The translations under genes and the position numbers were made by a program. From contig CDRNVI010000045.1 in NCBI GenBank assembly GCA_977017575.1, positions 186,001 through 250,000 on the forward strand: a stretch of DNA of 64,000 nt. Direction: 5' to 3'. Shown here one piece after another: positions 10,853-21,411 of the stretch (its first letter is position 1; each line of letters begins with the position of its first letter). This stretch comes from Paramoeba atlantica (lineage: Eukaryota; Protista; Discosea). The notes under the pieces were generated by a model, which searched no databases, was not told the DNA's origin, and worked only from the letters and a program-made list of their open reading frames with translations.

Positions 10853-13800
10853 ACTTATTTTCTTTTTCTTCGTTAACTCCATGGCAGACAGACCTCGCAA
10901 CGGTTTACTGTTCTGCTCACTCTGCGGCTCGAAGTTCGAGCCCCTTCTCCCCTCCCATCGGCTGTGTGCAAAGTGCTTCGACACCGCTCGATCTACGTCG
11001 CAATCCCAAAGGGACAAACATAAACATCAACCGCTTGGGCCCGCCAATGGCGGACACAAGCAGAATGCTCTATCTCAGGGTGCAACCCTCTCTCCGATCC
11101 CCGAGTATCCCCCGTGCAATTTTTGCACGAAGCCTTTCTCTCCCAGGCGACCCTTCCATCGCCTCTGCCCGGAATGTGTCGAGCTCAGGTCACAGCGCCA
11201 GGGCTCAGTAAACCCCCTTCCCTCATCCCGTCCAACCCCCAGGCGGGACCCCACACCAGGGCGCCGAGCTCGTTCGGCTTCCCGATCCCGCACCTCGGAC
11301 CGCGCCCCCGCGCAGAATCGTCCCTCGGCTAGGTCGTCGAGCATCCGTCCAGCTGAAGGACCGCGCACGAGATCCCGCTCGCGTGTCTCCTTCGCGCCGA
11401 ATGTCTCACCTAACTCGTCTGTCGCAAGCATGGCCAAGACTATGGCTTACCACAGCAATCTACCTCCTCCCAAAGGTACAGAAGGCCTTCAGGCCACCTC
11501 AATCCATAACCCCGACAAAGTTCCCTCCCACCAAGAGCAGCTTGCGATCATCGCCCAAAGAAACGCGGAGGTCCTGGCTGCGGTCTTCAAGCAGGAGCGC
11601 ACGGACGGTGTGCCACCTGCACTTCGACATGAAGTGGAGGCACATAGATTTTCGAGCGCTGCCCGGGCCTTGGAGGCCCAATACGTGAGGAAGCGCGATG
11701 CCATCTTTGACGAGTGGCTTTCCCTGATGTGTCACGACGCTCGTCAAGCACACAGAGAAAAACAACTCGTCGAGGACAAGGCACACCTGTGTCACACGTG
11801 TGGCCAAGTTTTCACAGACCAGAGGAAACTCATGCAGCATAGAGCCATACACGAGCAGGCTGCAATCAGATCAGCTGCCATTAAACTGTTCCAGGAGCAC
11901 CGCAAGGGGGTGTCAGAAATACTTAAGCAGCAGTGGACCTCTTGCGCAGCCGGCCACTCCGCCTGGTTCCAAGAGCTACAGCACATCGCGCTAACCTTCG
12001 GCGCCTCCCCCAGGCCTTCTGAAGCCAGGGGCTGTGACGTTGACGAGCCTCCTCCCCCCAGGGTAGATACCCCTTGGAATGAAAATCTCACCCACCCGGA
12101 GGTGAGCAGGTCCGCAGAAACTTGCCCGCCTCCCGCGCAGGACCCAAGTGACCTTACACGAGGACCACGCGGCGTTCGCAAGCAAAGCGCAACTCCCACC
12201 CATCCTGACGCCTCTTCCAACGAGAACGGAAGTACTCCCGACAATCTGCTAAACGTCACGCAAACCGAGCATGTGACTGGCAATTCGGCGAATACCACCG
12301 CATCGTCCCCAGCGGAACCCTGTAAGCACAAGTGTCTGAATAAACGTGAATGCTTAAACTTGTGCTGCAAGCGTCACTTAACTGCGCAAAGTATAACGGA
12401 TAGCGACACCGTAACATCACATACCGTTATGTCAAAGAAACGAAGGAATTTTGAAGTCTCCCCGCTTGCCATGGCCCGATCAATTATACTAGTATTCAGA
12501 ACTCTCTACAACATGCGGAATATTGGCATCATCATATCTAACGTCTTCAGATGGATATCTAGCCTCGCCGTTCACCTCCTAGTAGCACCCATCCGCGCAA
12601 TCCCGTCACCCAACGCCCTCAATCCTTTCCGTCGAAATGTTGGCACACAAAGTATCACGACAAAACCGTGTAGGCACATCTGTCTGAACAAAGTCACCTG
12701 CAAACACCCTTGTTGCAAACGTCATATACGACACTCCCAGAAGAAAGTCATAAATGTGGTGCCAACAAACAATGGACCCTTTGGTCACGTACTACTAGTC
12801 ATCATAAGGAACACTCAAACCCTATTGTCCCTATTAACTGGTTGGCTTTCTGAAGCAGCAAACCCATTACACATTGTCCAATGTATGAACATGGTATATG
12901 TGTGCACAGGTAGTACCATCAGGTTCATTACTTCTTCTTGCAGAAAAACGTATGACATTTTCCCATCGCCTCTGCTTTTACTGCCCCGGATACGAATAAT
13001 GCACGAGAAATTTTGTTCAAACGTCGCACGGTTGAAAAAGCAACCACTGTGCATGACCGCTCTTGACATCATGAAACTTGCACAACGAATAATTCTCTGG
13101 TATATCAGGCTTTTCTATATACAAGTAGACACTATGCCACAAAATGACGGAAAACCAGAACCCGCAACCACAAGCCCCACGAAACTATGCACATCATCCC
13201 AGCCATTCACGACTGCAGTCGAGAAAGAAAGCAATCCCTATTTACCAGCAAACCCAACAGTCACGCTTAACCACAATGAGATGTACGAGGTGAAAAAGCT
13301 GACGGAAAAGCAAGAATTAATCATGCCTTGTCCCAGGGAACAGGAAGGAGAAAACGATGAAGTCCCTGGCTGGGTATTTCAAAGCAGCGCGACACAGAAC
13401 CGGGACGAATCCGCACCACCTGACACAAACCATGAACCACGGCAAAAGCAATACCTTCACTTTGTCCAGAGCAGAGCCCGCCCCGTGAAAGTGCGAACAG
13501 TAGCAAACCTGATCTGGACATACTTTCCAGATATTCGAAGTGCCAGCGAATCTCCTCTCGTCCGGGCTAGAATAACCTCTCTCCAAGCAGCACAAGCGGC
13601 ACTCTCGAAAATGTTATCTGGTAAAAGCAACTCTCATGACTTGGTTGTCGAGCCTTCCACAACTGAAGAACTCATGGACCACCGCGGATGCGACTACATA
13701 CATATCGAAGAACAAAATAGTCAACACATCAGTCGGCATGCCAGCTGGACATCCCTTCTCCAAGATAATACACTTAAACTCAACGAGAAGTATGCAACAG

Positions 13801-16645
13801 CGGGAGCACTAGGCCGTGCAGTCATGAAGGCGCTTAACGGAATGGATATACCACATCTCAGACATCTACGCATTACAGTACATCGAAGACTGGAGGAAGC
13901 GGAAGAAGTCAGTTACGAACGTATCTCACGCAGAGAAGCATCACCGAGTCGCATTCAACAGAACCGTAGTGCACCGACACTGCGCACTGTACAGCCATGC
14001 CGCCACACGTGTCGAAACAAACTTGAGTGCGCACACCTATGTTGCAAAGTATTTGGGCCACCCTATGCACCAGGGAACGAAACCGGTTGTGAATCCCCAA
14101 CAACAGTACCCAATAACATACATTCCCAAGTTGAACCCTCCACGCCGACAGTGCAATCTGACGCCTCTCAAAGTCAAAAAGCAGTAGAACTCCTGCAAAA
14201 GCACAATGCAATACTTGGCGGGAAGGTTACCATACGACTCAGCGAAGAGCAATGGCGACAGGTTGAAGCGAGAGCAAGTGCACGTTGCAACGAACTTCTA
14301 AGCGATACAACGGACAGGAAGACAGCTATACGTAACGCGGAACTTCTTAGCGCCGCCCTAGCCGTATCTGCTTACGAAATAGCGACGGAAGCGAATCCGA
14401 CAAGGGGCTTCCTCATCAGAGCTAGCACCGGACACGCCCGACGAAGGTATCGACCACTCGCCACGGAGAGAGTCGCACAAGAACTGAAACACCATCTCAC
14501 AACCTTGAAAACTTCGCTACGCTATACGAGAAGTAGGACGGAACGAGACGAATTACGAGCACAAATCAAAGAATGTCGAAAGCTAGTCAGGATACGTGAG
14601 GAAGAAGCGACGAAACAAAGAGAAGAAATCGATCAGCGCTGGGCCTCCGAGCGATTTTCCAGAAATCCGTGGACAGCAGCTTCAGAAACGATCGACAAAC
14701 CTGACGCTAATGAAGTACAGAATACAACTTACCCGACCTGCGACCGGAACACCATAGAGACATACTTCGAGTCAAGCTTTAAACCTAGTGAAGAACTCTT
14801 CCAACTGCCTCCTCCAGATGTACTCGGACCAGGAGCCGCCCATCCCATGCATTGGGACCCAATCACGCGAGACGATGTCACAGCAGCCATCAATATGAAA
14901 CGGAACTCCAGCTCACCCGGTGCAGACACGATCACCAATCTGATTCTTAAGAAATGTCCATCCATGCATGATCAATTTGCTAAGGTATTCAATAATCTGA
15001 TGACTTTCTCGACCTGCCCTCCATCATGGAAAACTGCAATCACTAGGCTGATACATAAGAGCGGAGCACCGGAAAACCCCAAAAATTGGCGCCCCATTTC
15101 ACTGACGAGCGCCCTTGGTAAAGCGTTTCACACAATCATATCGCATCGCCTGACCCAACATCTTATTGGACACAATGTGATTGACCCGGAAATACAGAAA
15201 GGGTTTCTTCCCGAAATCAATGGGACATTGGAGCACACCCAAACTCTATGCACCCTCCTCCAGCACTACCAGCGACATAAACGACAGTACTGTCTTGCCC
15301 AATTGGACCTCACTAACGCCTTTGGTTCGATCCCGCATAACATTATACTAGCTTCCCTAGGTTGGGCAGGCATACCCTGCAACGTTGTCGACTACATCAA
15401 AGACAGCCTCACTGATGCACACATACGAGTTAAATGTTACGAAGGTCTAACGCGTCCCATACATGTAAAGAAGCATCCAGGAAGAGCAAAGGAAGCGTGC
15501 GAAAGGTCAAATCCGCCCAGCTGCACAGATAACCGATCATCTTAACGACCCACAGCGCGCACGACAAATACTCCGTGATGCCCACGAAGAACAAATGATT
15601 ACACGTCTACGACAACGTGCTCCTGTTGCTGCCCTCTGGTGGCAGTTTCCGTCAGACCCAGAAATGGCACAAGAATTTGCATCTGCCATCCAAGGGATCC
15701 GAAACGAGAAACTCTCGCGATTCATGTCCTCCGTCATGACTCTAACCCCCCTGCCCTCCCGAGTATCCCTTGCACAATGGGGTCGCAACTATCACTCTGA
15801 TACAAAATGTCCCATATGCCGAGACAAACCACAAACAACAAGACACGTCCTTTCATCATGCAACACATCCTTACAACAAGGGAGGTACACACTAAGACAC
15901 GACATGGTTCTCCGCGAGTTCGCACGACACGTACGCCAATCCCCTGCCACCGAAGCTTGCCACTTTGACCTCACGGGTGAACGGAACCCACCCCCGTGGT
16001 ACACCAGTAGCGACAGTTTACTGCGCCCGGATGGCTGGATCAAACTACGGAACGGGACCGAGTTCATCATTGAGCTAACTGTCCCGTGGGAGGAGAACTG
16101 CGAAAACGCACACCGGCGGAAGTCAGAGAAGTATAACTCACTTCTCCACGAGCGCAGAATCGAGAACCCGAACTGCTACGCCCTAGCGTTCGAGATCGGC
16201 GCACGGGGACTTCCTAGCGGATCCTGTCGCTATCTTGACGCCGTGTTCCAAGGGGAACGAAAACGAGCCAGATCATGCAGAGAAAGCATGAGTTTAATGG
16301 CTGGTCGGGCCAGCTATATTATCTGGGCTCGGAGGAACGAAGCTGAATGGACGGACGAGGAAAACCGCTCTGCTTGCTAAATAAAAAGGGTTATCCCGTT
16401 GTATGCGGGCCTTACCCTGAAAACTCTCTGCTATTATGCAATAGTATGAACAAACAAACCCTACCTACAGTCGCAGGAGGACTTTGCCTCCACCGAGAGT
16501 ATTTGGATATCGCTTTCAATCCCTCACCATGGGTCGTCCTACGCCCCCCACGTCTTGGTGTATGACGACACCGGGCACGGTGTGTTACAAACTGATGGCC
16601 ACATGTCAGAAGGGAACATCCCTTTCTACCTCTGTCGCGCCCTGG
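10853..16645 (+). mobile_element. HERO/NeSL-like RLE non-LTR retrotransposon, RT internally deleted
   Basis: ORF 10881-15545 has Zn fingers and RT motifs (SSPGADTI, NWRPISL, QKGF, LDLTNAFGSIPH) but breaks near 15468, before GVLQGD/ADD. ORF 15595-16380 has CPIC..HVLSSC, RHD, RPDG, IELTVPWE and KSEKY. Confidence 0.9.
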
Positions 16646-16658
16646 ACGATAAAGATAC
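16646..16658 (+). other. 5' half of a split SL exon
   Basis: ACGATAAAGATAC; the missing remainder AGTTTCTGTACCTTGTTG lies at 29011-29028. Confidence 0.85.
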
Positions 16659-16669
16659 ATTATCACAGG

Positions 16670-16742
16670 CTTCATAAACACGCTTGATACCGGTCCCAAG
16701 CCCGGCGTCGTCTTCTTAACAAGACGAAGTGTGAGGGTGAAG
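16670..16742 (+). ncRNA. Twister self-cleaving ribozyme (P1 type with P5)
   Basis: P1 CUUCA/UGAAG; L1 UAA and GAGGG; P2 ACAC/GUGU; P4 CCGG/CCGG with loop UCCCAAGC; pseudoknots CCC/GGG and GC/GC; P5 CGUCUU/AAGACG. Predicted cleavage between 16675 and 16676. Confidence 0.9.
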
Positions 16743-17091
16743 AGTTTTATTGTACGATAAGGTACGACTTTTTTTTTAATATATTTGTCCATCTCTTCGT
16801 TTGTTAAACATACAGATTTGTTGAACATACTGATTTGTTTGAACATACAGGTTTGTTGAATATACACACTATAATCCTTGGTTCCGACCCAAAGATAGGA
16901 TATAAATTTTATTTACATGTTGACATGCTATGTGGAACCGAGCCTGGCACTAAATTAGTGATTTTATTCCGGTTCGTTTTGGCCCTGACCGGGGAAAACA
17001 TACCGTTCGGCGCCAAAATGAACTACTTCGAGGAAATTTGTGACTCACGGTCGACGATTATTATTATTATTATAATAACAATTTATTATTT

Positions 17092-17518
17092 GCCTCGAGG
17101 TCTTTCGGGACTGACGGTTGGCACTTCACCTTGAGGTTCCTCGGAACTGACGGTTGGTGGTTATACTTTGCCTCGAGGTCCTTCGGGACTGACGGTTGGC
17201 ACTTCACCTCGAGGTTCTTCGGAACTGACGGTTGGTGGTTATACTTTGCCTCGAGGTCCTTCGGGACTGACGGTTGGCACTTCACCTCGAGGTTCTTCGG
17301 AACTGACGGTTGGTGGTTATACTTTGCCTCGAGGTCCTTCGGGACTGACGGTTGGCACTTCACCTCGGGGTTCTTCGGAACTGACGGTTGGTGGTTATAC
17401 TTTGCCTCGAGGTCCTTCGGGACTGACGGTTGGCACTTCGCCTCGAGGTTCTTCGGAATTGACGGTTGGTGGTTATACTTTGCCTCGAGGTCCTTCGGGA
17501 CTGACGGTTGGCACTTCA
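17092..17518 (+). repeat. Tandem array of 5.5 x 78-bp units (36+42-bp subunits), mostly with cUUCGg hairpins
   Basis: Alternating CCTCGAGGTCCTTCGGGACTGACGGTTGGCACTTCA and CCTCGAGGTTCTTCGGAACTGACGGTTGGTGGTTATACTTTG. Confidence 0.95.
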
Positions 17519-18290
17519 CTTCGAGTGATCATTGAGGATTGGCTTCTCGTAGTCGTAAATTTAATGATTATTGTAAGCAAATATTGCTGATCATCACACA
17601 GTACCACTGCTGTCTGTGTTGCTTTCCAGGGTACTGGAAGTAATGAAAAAAAATGGATAGAAAGAAAAAAAAATGGATTCGCCAGTGTGACGCACCTTAT
17701 ACGACTTGCGCAGTCGGGTCAGTTTTGCACTGCGTTCATTATTCCACGGATTTCGAATGCAATGCCTTTACGGCTACGCATCTGTGTGAAGTATCCCCGG
17801 ATGTTCAACTCCAGTGCACCACCCCATTGTCAACTCCAGCGCACCACTTTTTTCACCATAGTCGACCGTCATTCCTTTTTTCTGCGCCTCACCATAGTTG
17901 AACATCGTTCCTTTTTCCTTTCAACATAAAAACTTATCCAGAGTATTTAAAGAAAGTGTAATACAAGTGTAAGATCTGAGTAAGAAACTTAACGGCGCAT
18001 TTGTAGTGTAGATCCGAAGGATATTATAAAATAATTCTTCTTTATATAATTGATGGTGCATTGGAAATGAGAATACAGTTTTTAAGAAAAAGTGGTGCAC
18101 TGGAAATGACAAGAAAATTATTTTTTGGGAAAAAAAGTGGTGCGTTGGTGTTGACAATCCGCCATCTAATAAAAGATGCTCAACAGATTCCACGCCCCTT
18201 AGAGTTTTGTCTCACGTTTGAAAACCTAGAATGATGACAAGAAGGGGAGGAGGGAGCTGATCTGCGGTGCCAATGGGTATTCCTGTCACT

Positions 18291-18454
18291 GGGCTTGGTC
18301 CCGGTATCAAGGTGCTTATGAAGCCTGTGATAATGAGGGTGTTGCCAATCCCTGGTCAGTAATCGGCCCAGGGACATAGCAACTCCCCATTATCTCGGGC
18401 GTAGTAAACACGCCTTGGCTTGCCTGGCACTGAGATCAGCCATTGGAAAAAAAC
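18291..18454 (-). repeat. Internal complementary region (ICR) of the YR retrotransposon
   Basis: 18335-18454 is the reverse complement of 28891-29010 (2 mismatches in 120). 18291-18334 is the reverse complement of 16659-16703 (first 19 nt identical). The two parts abut with no gap. Confidence 0.9.
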
Positions 18455-18752
18455 AAAGACGAAAGAATAGAAAGCAGAAAAAAAAAATATACAGAAGGCG
18501 TATGTATAGATGAATACATTAGTTTCGCCGATTGCTTGAAGTAGTAAGGAAAAAGAGCGAGAGAGAAAACAGAGAGAAACAGGAATATGCTGACATAAAG
18601 CAGTCAGCAAGTATCCATATTCTGGCGAGCGTGAGGGTGGAAATACAGAAAGGGTGAATATAGAATGAGAGAGCAAAGATGACCAGGATAAGTCACAACC
18701 GTATCTAATCTATTAAAACATGCGTGGGAACTTGCTCTAAATTTTATTTCTT

Positions 18753-19583
18753 ATGCCGAAGAAACGACCCACCGTAGCTACCTCACTCCAAGCTTCACAA
18801 AGCCGCTCAGTTCCTATAGTCGGCCACACTCACCACTTTGACGCAAACGTCGATAGCGTAGTCGACCAGGCATGCTCGACGAAAACGAGCATAAAAATTT
18901 CTCTACGTTTTGAGCGCGCAGTCGATGTGAATCTCCTTGTCAAATTTATGGCGGAAATCAGCGAAGACGAATGCGCAAGTGCAATCATGGATTTCGTTGA
19001 AAAGGTATTAGGGGGAGAATCCCTCAGTGAAAAAGCAAGTTTTACAGCCAAACTTTTGGGTGTCCGCCGAACACAGGACGTCTCCGAATTCGAGAATTTG
19101 ATTGGAAACGAAGAACATCGAGGAATTTTGGTTTCCCTCATGCTGGACCCCCCGAAGGAGCCAAAGAAAATGAAAGCACGGGAAGGAGAAAAGGAGGACG
19201 GGCAACTTACCGTATGGACAGGCACGGAGAATCGTCCTCACCTTGGAGGGCAACTGTGGGAAGCAGTGCACAACCCGAAGTTTCAAAAATGGGCCGAAAG
19301 CTTTCTTCTAACCCGCTACGCTATTTTCTTCAAGGAGATGCTTACGCAAGCAGGAAAAGGTGTATCCCCCAAGGCGGCACAAGAAAACAAGGCGGTATCA
19401 ATAGCAGCTAACCATTTCCTTCTAGAACTCGCTGCTCATTTTCTTGTGTTCCGCGCCGATTTTGACGACGTAAAGAAAGAGAGAATCTCTTCTTCTTTGC
19501 CGCAAGAACGTCGGATTGCTCCCAGAGACCGACTCCGTAACTATACCGGAGACTCTTTTGAAGGCGAAATCCTTCCAAAATAG
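18753..19583 (+). CDS. Probable gag-like ORF of the YR retrotransposon
   Basis: 276-aa intact ORF upstream of the YR ORF; no motif recognised, so the call is positional only. Confidence 0.45.
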   Translation: MPKKRPTVATSLQASQSRSVPIVGHTHHFDANVDSVVDQACSTKTSIKISLRFERAVDVNLLVKFMAEISEDECASAIMDFVEKVLGGESLSEKASFTAKLLGVRRTQDVSEFENLIGNEEHRGILVSLMLDPPKEPKKMKAREGEKEDGQLTVWTGTENRPHLGGQLWEAVHNPKFQKWAESFLLTRYAIFFKEMLTQAGKGVSPKAAQENKAVSIAANHFLLELAAHFLVFRADFDDVKKERISSSLPQERRIAPRDRLRNYTGDSFEGEILPK

Positions 19584-20392
19584 TACTTCAGGCTATGGAC
19601 GGGGAGGCATGGTCCAAAACAACAGAAGAACATTTGGGCCGGATGTGCGTTATTTCAACCGCCCGCGACCAGTAAATTTGTATGCCCCTTGACCTTATCG
19701 TTCTAATCGAGAAGGGTTCGTCAAATGCCTAGAACGGCCAGAAAAGTTTTCTCGGGAAATGAACGATCGAAAGAATAAACATGAAAAGGGGCCGTGATTG
19801 CCGATCTTGGGGGCAATAGATGTATGTTTTAGTTTTTCTTAATCAGATTCATGTTTGGGCTGAACATAGAGCACGAATATTATTATTTGCTTGTGCAGAT
19901 CATTAGGATTGTGTGTATTTGTCATACAACGAGTGACACTCACACACAACAGACGCCTTTATACAGCATAGACATTGTGGAAAGAAAATGGGCTTTGCAC
20001 ATTACTTAGACGTTAAGTAATACATGTATAGTGAGGGAAAGTGTGATAATTATTCCCATCAGATTAACATACAGTGTATCTAGTACGTAGGTGCCTAATC
20101 ATTAAGCACAATTTGTTGGAATACCAAAAAGGGGCAAATGGGTGGCATCCAGATTAAAAGTAAGTCATAATATGGTGCAGTTTCTCCTTGAAAATCGGGG
20201 AAACCATAAGACAAAATGAACTGAATGAATAAGTGTGTCTACAACAAAACAGTCTGTTATTTCATCCGCTATTTTACACATGGAAAGTTAAATATATTAA
20301 ACTGGCCATTCCGTTGAAGATATGAGATTGCATACGGTATATGTAAATAAACCATGTAATCACACACATTTAGTATTTTTGCATACTTTTAG

Positions 20393-21269
20393 ATGCAGAA
20401 AGATTCTTGCGAAGGGTATCTGGCAGCTCTGGCATTAAAGTCGATTGCACCCGGAACGCGAAGGATGTACGAGGCCCGATTTGCTGCTTTACGAAAGTTT
20501 TGCAAGAACCGAGGATTCGAAAAAATAACGAAAGAAGCGTTCGGATGTTTTTTGTGGCATCACGCATCGGTTGGATGCGCCAAATCGACTTTTCAAGGTT
20601 ACTGCAGTGCCCTGCTCTTCTATCAGGAATGTCAAAGCTTTGACCTCGAAGCAGGTGAACGCCCCTGGGCAGGCGACCGCCTCATACTTCGGGCAGTGGA
20701 CGGGGCTGCCATTGAGGCAGAGCAGCATAGACAAGAAAAATGTCCCAGAGGCTATGTATCAGAAAATATGTTACACGAACTTGTACGGTGGGTCACACCC
20801 CGTGCTAACGGGCCGCAGCTCGCAAGAGCTTTTCGCGTGCAATACTACGCTGCTCTTCGACCCTGTGAAGAAGATACGTGGCGGGGATTTGCGTGTAGAA
20901 GGCTCTTGTTCTCATCTTCTCATCCGCCACGATAAAACAAAGAGTTACTCAACTGATAAGCAAAAGTGCAAACCTCTTACTCATGTTGCAACCGAAGAAG
21001 TGCGAAATGCCCTGCGTGACGTAACACATGGAGACCTTGCGTTTCCGGCGTACAAGAAAAGATCCACGAGTAAACTTGTAAAAAGAGCATCCACCGAATT
21101 GGGATGGCCATCTGGAGTGACTTTTGATGGAACTCACACTCTGAGACATGGTGGTACTGGGGCCATAGTAGAAAACGTAGCTGACATGATGTCCAGTGCA
21201 CTATCGGGCATGTCGAGACAGGTGAGACAGAAGCACTACTTAGCACCGCGTTCTCAAGTGCATGATTAG
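20393..21269 (+). pseudogene. Tyrosine recombinase with one frameshift near 20875
   Basis: YYAALRP (R), RHDKTK (K), GTHTLRHGG (HxxR) and RQKHY (Y) across ORFs 20393 and 20571. Confidence 0.88.
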
Positions 21270-21411
21270 AGAACGGAAAGAAACAAAAAGCCACTCGCGT
21301 GATTTTCTCCTATCATATTATCATACAGTTAATCTGCAGAGATTTGGTAAAGTGAATATCGGAAAATAATTCCGTTATCCGCGCACACAACGCGTTTAAT
21401 TCACTTTTAGT

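Noticed and set aside
17092-17518. CRISPR array, hammerhead array or protein-coding repeat
   Set aside because: No unique spacers and no cas genes; CUGACGG lacks the CUGANGA/GAAA core; the open frames follow from a 78-bp unit length.
18241-18334. Minus-strand twister
   Set aside because: Only a mutated 5' half; P2', GAGGG and P1' are missing. It is explained as the ICR.
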